Below are positions 29,483 to 37,687 of a stretch of 48,646 bases of DNA, in pieces. The DNA lies in the sequence record NC_136441.1; one strand, written 5' to 3'. The stretch is from a phage. Under the pieces are notes generated by a model. The model saw only the letters and a program-made list of their open reading frames with translations. It ran no database searches and had not been told where the DNA came from. Each line of letters opens with the position of its first letter. The first letter of the stretch is position 1. The translations under genes and the position numbers were made by a program.

Positions 29483-29522
29483 CACTTTTTGTTAAAACAG
29501 GCGCAACGGAATGCGCCATAAT
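29479..29522 (+). promoter_or_regulatory. motif promoter (ATAGCACTTTTTGTTAAAAC + 22 nt + CATAAT)
   Basis: motif overlaps TAG stop of VRR-NUC; spacer hairpin GGCGCA/TGCGCC; upstream of lipoprotein gene. Confidence 0.55.
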
Positions 29523-29553
29523 GCACCCATCAGAACGAAACGGAGAATTAACC

Positions 29554-29832
29554 ATGAAAAAGATGTTATCAGTAGTTGCTTTATCACTTGCTCTTGTCGG
29601 TTGCATGGATAAACCCAAAACATATATTTGCGGAAATGAAGCGTTTGAGGTTACAAGCGAATATATGAAAGTTGTGCAAGGCAAAAGCACAGGCGTTGTA
29701 ATGGATAATATCAGCAAAAATCAATATAAGTTGTTTACGCCAATTGGAACGGCTTTCTACACAGTTAATGAAAACACAATTGATATTAAAGTTGGCGTTT
29801 ATCAGAACACTCTAACTTGCGAGGTAAAATAA
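29554..29832 (+). CDS. small lipoprotein (candidate superinfection-exclusion, Cor/Llp-like)
   Basis: 92 aa; signal peptide with lipobox LVGC; SD GGAGAA. Confidence 0.5.
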   Translation: MKKMLSVVALSLALVGCMDKPKTYICGNEAFEVTSEYMKVVQGKSTGVVMDNISKNQYKLFTPIGTAFYTVNENTIDIKVGVYQNTLTCEVK

Positions 29833-29833
29833 A

Positions 29834-30574
29834 ATGGCTAAGGATTTTCAGGACAAAGCAACCATTGATACTTTTGAGCCGGAAATGGATTTTCATGAAC
29901 TGCAACACGGCAGATATTCAGATATTGCGTTGCGTTCAGGTGGTCATTATCAGCCAGTTAGAGAAAACCCAATGTTCAAGGTTAGCGGCAACCGTTATGC
30001 AGGAAGTAAAACGCCGGACGTTGTGCGCGACTTGTGGGAAACTCCAGATGAAATTGTTGAATACCTTGCTGAACGTTACGGCAAATATGATCTTGATGCA
30101 GCCGCAAGCGAAAACAACAAAAAATGCGATAAGTTTTATAGCAAAGAGACAAACTGCTTAAAGCGTTGGTGGGGTAGCAATAAGCACGTTTGGTTAAATC
30201 CACCATACAGCAATCCAGATCCATTTATCAAAAAAGCAATTGAGCAGATGGAACACGGAAACCAGATTGATATTTTACTTCCGGCTGATAATTCAACTGC
30301 ATGGTTTAGTGACGCACAAAAACACGCGGCAGAAATTATCTGGATTACTGGTGAAACCTGGAAGGATGAAGAAGGTCGCGAATATTCCCGAACTGGTCGA
30401 GTGGCGTTTATTTCTGGCATGACAGGTGAGCCAGTTAGCGGAAACAATAAAGGTAGTGTAATTTTTATCATGCGCCAATTGGAAGAAGGTGAGCAACAGC
30501 AAACACACTATGTGAAGATTAGCGACATTTGCCCTTCCGTAAAAAATAAACGAGCCAAAGCGCGGAGTATTTAA
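29834..30574 (+). CDS. dam: DNA N6-adenine methyltransferase (phage Dam-type)
   Basis: 246 aa; catalytic NPPY motif (WLNPPYS) and DLDAAAS region typical of phage N6-adenine MTases. Confidence 0.75.
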   Translation: MAKDFQDKATIDTFEPEMDFHELQHGRYSDIALRSGGHYQPVRENPMFKVSGNRYAGSKTPDVVRDLWETPDEIVEYLAERYGKYDLDAAASENNKKCDKFYSKETNCLKRWWGSNKHVWLNPPYSNPDPFIKKAIEQMEHGNQIDILLPADNSTAWFSDAQKHAAEIIWITGETWKDEEGREYSRTGRVAFISGMTGEPVSGNNKGSVIFIMRQLEEGEQQQTHYVKISDICPSVKNKRAKARSI

Positions 30575-30575
30575 A

Positions 30576-30806
30576 ATGAGCATTCGATTAGCCGATCACA
30601 TGAAATGGGATTTATTTGTCGGTATGACAATTCGCTTACTTGATAAGCATGGTTATAACGCTGATAAAATGGAGTTGATAAACTGCCTGGATATGACATT
30701 TGACGAAATCAAAGTTGCGCCTTTGTACATGTGGGAAAGAAAAATTGAGCACGACCTGATACAATACAAACGCAGAGAGGGCGCACGATTTTTCAATGTG
30801 AAATAG
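30576..30806 (+). CDS. hypothetical protein
   Basis: 76 aa, coupled to dam stop; TAG stop embedded in motif. Confidence 0.45.
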   Translation: MSIRLADHMKWDLFVGMTIRLLDKHGYNADKMELINCLDMTFDEIKVAPLYMWERKIEHDLIQYKRREGARFFNVK

Positions 30807-30846
30807 CACTTTTTGTTAAAACCCGCTTCGGCGGGTTTTGTATTAT
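30803..30846 (+). promoter_or_regulatory. motif promoter (ATAGCACTTTTTGTTAAAAC + 22 nt + TATTAT) with terminator-like hairpin in spacer
   Basis: hairpin CCCGC-TTCG-GCGGG plus TTTTGTATT at 30821..30844. Confidence 0.5.
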
Positions 30847-30877
30847 GTGCTTAACGGAAAACAAGAGGACTCAAAAA

Positions 30878-31042
30878 ATGAAAATTGTAAACGTCGAATA
30901 CTTCAAAGATGCGCAATGGCTGGCTAAAGAATCATTATTTATGCTTGATCGCAAAAATCCAAAGGTTATTGCACAAATACTTTGGAATGACGCAATGGAG
31001 TTACTTAAAAAGGCTTACGGTTATGAAAGTGACAAAAGGTAA
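30878..31042 (+). CDS. hypothetical protein
   Basis: 54 aa from ATG 30878 with SD AAGAGGA; ORF-track start 30845 lacks SD. Confidence 0.45.
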   Translation: MKIVNVEYFKDAQWLAKESLFMLDRKNPKVIAQILWNDAMELLKKAYGYESDKR

Positions 31043-31265
31043 AAAGGAAACTTGGGAGTTAGCGAAAAAAGGCGGTCTTGATGATGGGATCGCCAAAATA
31101 GCGCAATATTTCGATATTAAAGACGTGTGCGTTATTGTCGGTGATGAAATGGCGTATGTGGATGAAAGGCCGCGACGTGTTCACCGTGTTCCAGCAATAC
31201 CAACTACAATCGACTATAAAGAAGTTATTAACAAAACTAAAGAGCAAAAGAAATATTACAAATGA
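31023..31265 (+). CDS. hypothetical protein
   Basis: 80 aa from ATG 31023, overlapping previous gene end; weak SD. Confidence 0.35.
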   Translation: MKVTKGKKETWELAKKGGLDDGIAKIAQYFDIKDVCVIVGDEMAYVDERPRRVHRVPAIPTTIDYKEVINKTKEQKKYYK

Positions 31266-31349
31266 GATACATTTCTGTTATTTTGTTGCCGCCTGTTATC
31301 GCTTGGGTTATTATGTACGCCGTTGTTATGAATTAAGAGGATGTTAAAC

Positions 31350-32465
31350 ATGAGTTTAAAAAAGATTACCGACGAGCAATTGATCGCTGAACGTGAGGCT
31401 GGTTTAAAACTGCGTGAGATTGCGGAAAAATACGGAATGAGCTTGCGCCAGGTTGAGCACCGACACAGCAAATTGGCTAAACGTGGTGAAATATCAACAA
31501 TCGGATCACCTGGCTTTGCGGTAATTGGTGAATCACAGCTTAAACGTGCAAATGGTGAGGTTGTAATGACCTGGACTAAAACGCACAAAGACAAAGCGCA
31601 ATTAGAGGCAATCATGCAATCAGCTATGGCTGCATTTTCTGACGAATTGCCACGTCTGGAGCCACAGCCGGAAAAGATTGTTGACTACTCGCAAACGCTT
31701 GCGCTATATCCGATCTTTGATATTCACATTGGCGCAATGGCTCATAAGCATGAAAGCGGAGAGAATTACGACACATCAACGGCAGAAAAGATCATGAATG
31801 AATTCTTTGATTATGCCGTCGATAAAGCACCGAATAGCGAAAAAGCTGTATTGCTGATTGGTGGTGATATGATTCACAGTGACGGCCTGGAGGCGGTAAC
31901 ACCTGCAAGCGGCCACGTTTTGGATCAGGATTCGCGATATGCGAAACTTGTTTATGTTGCCATTCGATCCACGCGTCGAGCAGTAAGCAGGATGCTTGAA
32001 AAGCATAAAGAAGTTGAGATCCAGATCATTGAGGGTAATCACGACCAATCAGGAATGATCTGGCTACGTGCTGCAATGGCGGCGGCGTATGAGAATGAGC
32101 CACGCGTAAAGGTTGATGTTTCTCCGCGAGTCGTGCATCACACTCAATATGGTAAAACTTTCCTGGCTTATCATCATGGTCACACTGTACGCAAGCCAGA
32201 AACGCTTTTAATGATGTGTGCAGCGGATTGGCGGGAAGATTTCGGAAACTCCAATTCAATGTATGCGCATGTAGGGCATTGGCATCACCAGACTGTTACA
32301 GAAACGAGCCTTGGCATTGTTGAGGTGCATAGCACTATGGCAGCAAAAGACGCTTACGCCGCGCGTGGTGGCTGGCGTTCACGTCGCAGGGCTGCGATAA
32401 TTATTTATGATAAGGAATATGGCGAAATAGGGCGTTTTATGTTTTACCCTGAAATGATTGCTTAA
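31350..32465 (+). CDS. HTH domain fused to calcineurin-like metallophosphoesterase
   Basis: about 371 aa; N-terminal HTH-like LKLREIAEKYGMSLRQVEHR; phosphoesterase motifs DIHIG, GGDMIH, GNHD, HHGH; ATG 31350 with SD AAGAGG. Confidence 0.6.
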   Translation: MSLKKITDEQLIAEREAGLKLREIAEKYGMSLRQVEHRHSKLAKRGEISTIGSPGFAVIGESQLKRANGEVVMTWTKTHKDKAQLEAIMQSAMAAFSDELPRLEPQPEKIVDYSQTLALYPIFDIHIGAMAHKHESGENYDTSTAEKIMNEFFDYAVDKAPNSEKAVLLIGGDMIHSDGLEAVTPASGHVLDQDSRYAKLVYVAIRSTRRAVSRMLEKHKEVEIQIIEGNHDQSGMIWLRAAMAAAYENEPRVKVDVSPRVVHHTQYGKTFLAYHHGHTVRKPETLLMMCAADWREDFGNSNSMYAHVGHWHHQTVTETSLGIVEVHSTMAAKDAYAARGGWRSRRRAAIIIYDKEYGEIGRFMFYPEMIA

Positions 32466-32482
32466 TTAAATTATCAAGAAAA

Positions 32483-32516
32483 AGGCTGGATAAGTGCTGG
32501 CCTTTTTTTGTTTTTG
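32483..32516 (+). terminator. rho-independent terminator
   Basis: AGGCTGG-ATAAGTG-CTGGCCT (G-U pairs) followed by TTTTTTTGTTTTT. Confidence 0.6.
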
Positions 32517-32576
32517 TGGTTAACATATTCACACTAATTTTGGCATTGACATTTTAATTTAATTGAGGATCAGATT

Positions 32577-32801
32577 ATGAGAGACTTTCTTTTAATGGCG
32601 CAAAACTCTTTCGGAGGTGCAACGGTAGTTGGATCTTTTACTGGTGAGTTTTTGCTTGCACTTGCTACGTTTATTTTGTTCGCTATTTTCGGCTGTTGGG
32701 GCGCATGGCTGAAATGGCGTGATAGTAAAGCGATCCGAGAGGCTTTAGATTCAGGGGATTTAAAAACGGCGCTTAATCTACGGCAGAAAGAGAGGGTGTA
32801 A
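32577..32801 (+). CDS. holin (possible pinholin)
   Basis: 74 aa with Gly/Ala-rich hydrophobic segment then second TM helix and charged C-terminus; first gene of lysis cassette. Confidence 0.55.
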   Translation: MRDFLLMAQNSFGGATVVGSFTGEFLLALATFILFAIFGCWGAWLKWRDSKAIREALDSGDLKTALNLRQKERV

Positions 32802-33295
32802 TGACAATCAAGAAAGGTATAGCCGCCACCGTCACAGGGGCGGCTTTAATGTTGGCATCGCCTTTGATTGAAGAAATTGAAGGTGTAAAGTATAAGCCTT
32901 ACAAGGATATTGCTGGTATCTGGACTGTATGCCACGGCATCACAGGAAAGGATGTTATTCTTGGAAAGGAATATACCAGGAGAGAATGTGACGCGCTATT
33001 AGCAAAGCATATGAAAGTTGCGGCTGACTCTGTTGATAAGGCGGTTAAGGTTGAAATTCCTTTATCAATGCGAGCGGCTCTATACTCATTTACTTTCAAT
33101 GCTGGTACTGGTGCATTTCGTAAGTCAACCATGCTGAAAAAGATCAACAATGGTGATCTATGGGGCGGTTGTGGCGAGCTTTGGAACTGGACATATTACC
33201 GTAACCCGAAAACGGGCAAAAAGGAAAAATCAAAGGGATTGAAGAATCGCCGCGCTGTTGAATATAAATATTGTGTAATGGATCTGAATAAATGA
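32801..33295 (+). CDS. SAR endolysin (T4 lysozyme-like muramidase)
   Basis: 164 aa; N-terminal signal-anchor-release-like Gly/Ala-rich TM; catalytic E-x8-D-x5-T triad (E...[12 protein letters not shown]); start overlaps holin stop. Confidence 0.75.
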   Translation: MTIKKGIAATVTGAALMLASPLIEEIEGVKYKPYKDIAGIWTVCHGITGKDVILGKEYTRRECDALLAKHMKVAADSVDKAVKVEIPLSMRAALYSFTFNAGTGAFRKSTMLKKINNGDLWGGCGELWNWTYYRNPKTGKKEKSKGLKNRRAVEYKYCVMDLNK

Positions 33296-33693
33296 AAAGA
33301 AAATTACTGGCTATTATGATGTGCATTGCTCTTTCTGGTTGTTCAGCTTCAAGCGTGTTACCTGGTCTGATTGGTAGCAAGCCTGATATAACGGCACAGG
33401 CTGGAGCGGAGAATGTGAAACAGACTGTTGGTGTAACAGCAAAGCAGGATACATCAAGCAAGCAGGAAACCACATTCAAAGAATCGGCAGTTGGAAAGGT
33501 TGACACGTCGAATAAAAAGCAGGTTAGCACTTCAAGCATTAAGGCAGACAATATAACGGCTGAAAGAATAGAAATACGAAACAGCGAGACGGACACAATA
33601 GGAATGGCGATTGCTTTTTTTGTTGCTGGTGCTATTGCTGGATCTGGAATCACAGCAATATATTCAACAAGGCGTAAAAACAAGGCGGCATAA
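33292..33693 (+). CDS. unimolecular spanin (lipoprotein with C-terminal transmembrane helix)
   Basis: 133 aa; N-terminal lipobox LSGC, Thr/Ser/Lys-rich middle, C-terminal TM ([19 protein letters not shown]) plus basic tail, as in T1-type u-spanin; ATGA overlap with endolysin. Confidence 0.6.
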   Translation: MKRKLLAIMMCIALSGCSASSVLPGLIGSKPDITAQAGAENVKQTVGVTAKQDTSSKQETTFKESAVGKVDTSNKKQVSTSSIKADNITAERIEIRNSETDTIGMAIAFFVAGAIAGSGITAIYSTRRKNKAA

Positions 33694-33708
33694 GCCGCCT
33701 TTTCTTTT
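33682..33708. terminator. rho-independent terminator at convergence of lysis cassette and minus-strand block
   Basis: AAGGCGGC-ATA-AGCCGCCTT followed by TTCTTTT. Confidence 0.6.
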
Positions 33709-33904
33709 ACTCAAATTTTCTAGCATGAATTAGCAATTCACCATCATGATTTGTCAGTTGATGCTCTTGATCCCCAAACGCTCGCATATCACTGTAAAGC
33801 AACAGCATTAACGCATAGACAAAATCATCATGCGGAATTTGCATTGCTGAACTTTCTTTCAAAATAAGATCTATCAAATGCTGGCTTGCTGAATAATTCT
33901 TCAT
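33707..33904 (-). CDS. hypothetical protein (overlaps 33828..34220 out of frame)
   Basis: 65-aa ORF; 77-nt overlap with upstream ORF in another frame. Confidence 0.25.
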   Translation of the reverse strand: MKNYSASQHLIDLILKESSAMQIPHDDFVYALMLLLYSDMRAFGDQEHQLTNHDGELLIHARKFE

Positions 33905-34220
33905 CGCTCATTTTCTCAATGTTCATCATCTCCCACACATAACGATTGTAATCACCTTCCAGGCTATGCAACTCAAAATTAAACGGCCTTTTCATCTTGT
34001 TTTTGCACCAGTACACGCAATGAACGCCGTCAAGATATCCATAACCAATCATTCGCGCTATAAACTCTTTGCTTGAACTTGATGCGAAATAGCGTGGCGT
34101 TACCCCCGCATTTTTTGCGAGCCTTTCACATTCACGGTGACGGAATATAAATCTTGCTAACTCTTGGCGGTTGAATTTCTCGCGAGACTCGCAAAAGCGA
34201 TACAGATCTAATAAGAACAT
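33828..34220 (-). CDS. hypothetical protein
   Basis: 130 aa, start adjacent to stop of upstream ATPase gene. Confidence 0.45.
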   Translation of the reverse strand: MFLLDLYRFCESREKFNRQELARFIFRHRECERLAKNAGVTPRYFASSSSKEFIARMIGYGYLDGVHCVYWCKNKMKRPFNFELHSLEGDYNRYVWEMMNIEKMSDEELFSKPAFDRSYFERKFSNANSA

Positions 34221-34222
34221 GA

Positions 34223-35803
34223 TTACCCCATTAACGCCGGATTTACATAAACAAATTTACCAACGCTGCAAACATAATTCTTTTCTTCAAGCATTGGCAA
34301 TAATTGTTCCTCAATTCGTTTCATCACGCCTGATTGACCTGTAAACGGCTTAACCTTACGCGCACTTTCATAGATAGCTCTTGCATTGGTAACGCCTTTA
34401 TTTTGACGTGAGATCTTAATGATGATTTCAATTAACTTGCTCATTTCGGCATCATCGCCAGCGTGACCGGAAGCATTCGCGGCGTTGATATATGTTTTGC
34501 TTAATTCGCTGAACATTACCAAAGCCTCTTGCATTGTCTCAACTTCAATTTCTCGCGACTTTTGCGGCGTACCGTTTGGATTAAACCAATTGCGGATCGT
34601 GTGCAATACTGACGCAATGCGGATCACTTGTTTATCCATTTTACCCAAAGCACCACGCAACATTGTATGTGAATATTTTCCGCCGTCTGCTAAATCCGGC
34701 TCTAATTGCTGGCGAGCAATATTAAGAACACGCATTGCAGAACGTGACGGCTTCAATACAACATTTTGCTCAGTCATGATGTTATGAATCAACTGGAAAT
34801 ATTGCGCCTTTAATTCTTTATCAACTGGCGTGTAATCAAGATCACCATTTTCATCAATAAATACACGCTCGCCTAACATTGTTTTTTCACGTACAAGCAA
34901 GAAACGTTCACTAACACCGATACCCCGCGCCCCTGCATCCATGATCCCTTTTATCGTTTCATCCTGGGCAATTACGCTCATGCAGCCCAACGCAACAAAA
35001 CTCATATTGTTTTCAGAGTTGGCGCGAGCTATTGAAACGTGTCCGGCGTCCCATGCTTTTAGAACCAATTCGCTGTTAGTCTTGCGATCACTATTAGCGT
35101 AAGTCAATCCGAGTAAGCTGTTGATGCTTGTTGCTTCATCGGAAATGACAGCAAAGTTACCCTGGCGATTGTTGATCTTTGCTAACCCTTCCGGCGTGGT
35201 GTCTGATACCGGAAAAACGATATCGCACATTTTTTCTAACTTTTCCTCTAATTCCTCCTTTTCCTCAAACAACGCCGCTAACTCAGTGCCTGAACGTTCA
35301 GCTTTCAATTCCTTTTCAACGCCTTTTAATTTCGCTGAGATCTTCTTTCGCTCTTTCTTGCGTTGTTCGTTGATTCGCTCAACTTCACAGACCATTGGCG
35401 CAATAGCCAGGCTGTTGATTGCTGATTTACCAGTTGATGGCGGCTGACTGGTTACAACATAAAGCGCCGTTGGTTGTTCAGTGCCGTGGTACTCAACTTG
35501 GAAGCGTCCAACCATAGCGGCGGAAACGCAACCTATGAAATGCATATAGGCCGATGATTCAGGAAATTGAACAGATTGCGCAATGCTACGTGACAGTTTA
35601 CCCACAACATCAACATCATTACCCAAAGAGATCACAGGATAACGGTCATTAGCGCCGTTGATATCCTTCACAGGTTCCCAAAAGCTGGATGATTGGCGGT
35701 AGCCGTTAGACTGAATAGCAACGCGAAGCGGCGATGTTCCCTGCGATTCTGCAATGGCTATAACTTGTTGAGGTGTCAATTTGTTGGTGTCAAAGTCAAA
35801 CAT
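34223..35803 (-). CDS. P-loop NTPase with coiled-coil insertion (possible replication/helicase-like protein)
   Basis: 526 aa; Walker A SQPPSTGKS, Walker B AVISDEAT, Lys/Glu-rich coiled coil between them; own motif promoter; SD AAGGAGA. Confidence 0.55.
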   Translation of the reverse strand: MFDFDTNKLTPQQVIAIAESQGTSPLRVAIQSNGYRQSSSFWEPVKDINGANDRYPVISLGNDVDVVGKLSRSIAQSVQFPESSAYMHFIGCVSAAMVGRFQVEYHGTEQPTALYVVTSQPPSTGKSAINSLAIAPMVCEVERINEQRKKERKKISAKLKGVEKELKAERSGTELAALFEEKEELEEKLEKMCDIVFPVSDTTPEGLAKINNRQGNFAVISDEATSINSLLGLTYANSDRKTNSELVLKAWDAGHVSIARANSENNMSFVALGCMSVIAQDETIKGIMDAGARGIGVSERFLLVREKTMLGERVFIDENGDLDYTPVDKELKAQYFQLIHNIMTEQNVVLKPSRSAMRVLNIARQQLEPDLADGGKYSHTMLRGALGKMDKQVIRIASVLHTIRNWFNPNGTPQKSREIEVETMQEALVMFSELSKTYINAANASGHAGDDAEMSKLIEIIIKISRQNKGVTNARAIYESARKVKPFTGQSGVMKRIEEQLLPMLEEKNYVCSVGKFVYVNPALMG

Positions 35804-35830
35804 CTAAAAATCTCCTTCTTGTTGCCGCTA

Positions 35831-35874
35831 ATTATAACGGCAACATTCTACAGCCTTTTAGCAATTCGTGCTAT
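35831..35874 (-). promoter_or_regulatory. motif promoter (ATAGCACGAATTGCTAAAAG + 22 nt + TATAAT)
   Basis: minus strand; motif overlaps TAG stop of 35871..36119; hairpin TTGCCG/CGGCAA with -10 in loop; upstream of ATPase gene. Confidence 0.5.
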
Positions 35875-36119
35875 TTGATCGGCTCAACCCTGGCTAATAA
35901 CTTTCCGTCTATAATGCTATGACATTCAAGAGTTTTAGGATCGAATGCAAGCGAACGATGGAACGTATGACCAATCAGCAAATATGAATGCTTATCCCTG
36001 ATGCGATAGACCGTTTCACCTTCCTTTAATGACGATATCGCACTAAAAACAACCTTGTAACGATATTTTTGCATAGCCTCAGAACGGTGAGGAATGTAAT
36101 CTTTTTCCGGTAAACTCAT
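35871..36119 (-). CDS. hypothetical protein
   Basis: 82 aa, coupled to upstream gene. Confidence 0.45.
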   Translation of the reverse strand: MSLPEKDYIPHRSEAMQKYRYKVVFSAISSLKEGETVYRIRDKHSYLLIGHTFHRSLAFDPKTLECHSIIDGKLLARVEPIK

Positions 36120-36478
36120 GAGTATTTGGCCTCAAACAGATAAGCACCGCCAGCGGCTGAAAATCCAACTTCTTCCCGATACAGCGTGAAACGGTCGCCG
36201 TTTTCGTCGAACACGTATCCAGCAACAGCACCTAACACGCGTCCTTGTTCGATCTGGTAACGCTTATCGGCTTTGAAAGTTTTCTTGATCTGCATGGAGT
36301 GGTTTACCCATGTGCATTTAATGGTTTTGGTCTTAACATTTCGGAATGTTAATCCTGTTAAGTTGGCGTGAATCCATTTCCCATCTAACTTAACGAAAGT
36401 ATCATCATTTTCGTCTACCCGCGCTTTGTATAGGCGGTTATCAGATCCGATAAGTTTGATTGATTTGAATTTAGCCAT
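36116..36478 (-). CDS. hypothetical protein
   Basis: 120 aa, SD AAGGAGA, downstream of motif promoter. Confidence 0.5.
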   Translation of the reverse strand: MAKFKSIKLIGSDNRLYKARVDENDDTFVKLDGKWIHANLTGLTFRNVKTKTIKCTWVNHSMQIKKTFKADKRYQIEQGRVLGAVAGYVFDENGDRFTLYREEVGFSAAGGAYLFEAKYS

Positions 36479-36510
36479 TTGATTTGTCTCCTTTTGTTTT
36501 CGTTGAAAGC

Positions 36511-36554
36511 ATTATGCCGGATACGTGATCCGGCGTTTTAACAAAAAGTGCTAT
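36511..36554 (-). promoter_or_regulatory. motif promoter (ATAGCACTTTTTGTTAAAAC + 22 nt + CATAAT)
   Basis: minus strand; motif overlaps TAG stop of MTase-like gene; hairpin GCCGGAT/ATCCGGC in spacer. Confidence 0.55.
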
Positions 36555-37246
36555 TTCTGATTTGCCAGGCATACAGCAAGCGCAAAGCCGCGCGGAGTGA
36601 GTGAGCGGATCAGCTTTGTTCGCTTAGACTTTCCGCCGAGCTTTTGCCAGCCTGGATTGTTGTTCCCTGTTGGCAATACTGCGTTTGTATCCGGCATCAC
36701 AAAACCGTTACCCGTCCAAAGGCAAGTTTTTTTGGTGTACGCATCGCGAGCAGGAATGATTTCAGGAAAGTGAGGATGATTATCATCTTCCGGCAACAAA
36801 CCGCCAAACGCGCAAGGATGAAATATAAAATCAGGTTGCCGCCACATCGACGACAGGACGCTAACAGGATTCTCGATCATGTATGGAACGTTGAACCAAT
36901 CCGCAATTTCAGCCGCAATCTTGCATGTTGAAACGGCCTTGTCCTGGAATAGCGGATCACGTTCACGCTTTGCGGCAAAGTGACGCGAACCGCTAACAGC
37001 TAAATCAGTGCATGGAGGAAACGCGATCACAAAATCAGGCTTGCCGTAAACCTCATTGCGAGCCTTAAAGCTGAAATCTGAATCAATCCAAACGTTTACA
37101 TACTCAATGTTTTGATGACTTACGCGCACTGAATGGTAATCACCATGATCGGCATCATCATAATTGAAACAGATTACTTTGTGACCACGTTCAGCCCACG
37201 GCAACGCATCATAACCGGAACCGCTAAAAAGAGAAAAAACCAACAT
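36551..37246 (-). CDS. compact DNA cytosine-5 methyltransferase-like protein
   Basis: 231 aa from ATG 37246 (SD AAGGA); motif I-like LFSGSGYD, motif IV-like FPPCTDLAVSG (PCT not PCQ), motif VI-like MIENPVSV; no large target-recognition domain. Confidence 0.45.
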   Translation of the reverse strand: MLVFSLFSGSGYDALPWAERGHKVICFNYDDADHGDYHSVRVSHQNIEYVNVWIDSDFSFKARNEVYGKPDFVIAFPPCTDLAVSGSRHFAAKRERDPLFQDKAVSTCKIAAEIADWFNVPYMIENPVSVLSSMWRQPDFIFHPCAFGGLLPEDDNHPHFPEIIPARDAYTKKTCLWTGNGFVMPDTNAVLPTGNNNPGWQKLGGKSKRTKLIRSLTPRGFALAVCLANQK

Positions 37247-37354
37247 ACTTAAATCCTTTGTGTATGGCCTTGTGAGGCGTTTTGTTTGTAGGTGTGACAA
37301 TCGTATTAGTTACGGCCTGAAATCGCGCCATAATGCGAAACAGGCCGCTATTTT

Positions 37355-37432
37355 TTACTTACAGAATGGGCATGTTGTTTTATCCCCGCTTCCGCCGTGT
37401 TTTGGACAGCAAATTTTTTCGATAGGTGTCAT
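37355..37432 (-). CDS. hypothetical 25-aa zinc-ribbon-like peptide
   Basis: MTPIEKICCPKHGGSGDKTTCPFCK with SD GGAGTA 6 nt upstream. Confidence 0.25.
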   Translation of the reverse strand: MTPIEKICCPKHGGSGDKTTCPFCK

Positions 37433-37444
37433 TTTAAATACTCC

Positions 37445-37687
37445 TTAGAATGGGAAACAACGCTTGCAAGATGGATCGAAGTTACAACCGCAATCATTGA
37501 TTATTGCGTTAGGATCAGCAAGCATCACGCTACTTTCTTGATCCATATCCATAGCGCCTAATGCGTCATCAAGCGTTATTTCAAGATAGGCAACTTTAAG
37601 CGCCCATTCCTTGTTGAGTCCAGCCGCCTCCGCTTCATGTAGGCGAGCAAAGAAAGCATCTTGAACCATATCAACCCCACTTCTCAA
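37445..37687 (-). CDS. hypothetical acidic protein with C-terminal Cys cluster
   Basis: 80 aa, ends CGCNFDPSCKRCFPF. Confidence 0.4.
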   Translation of the reverse strand: MRSGVDMVQDAFFARLHEAEAAGLNKEWALKVAYLEITLDDALGAMDMDQESSVMLADPNAIINDCGCNFDPSCKRCFPF

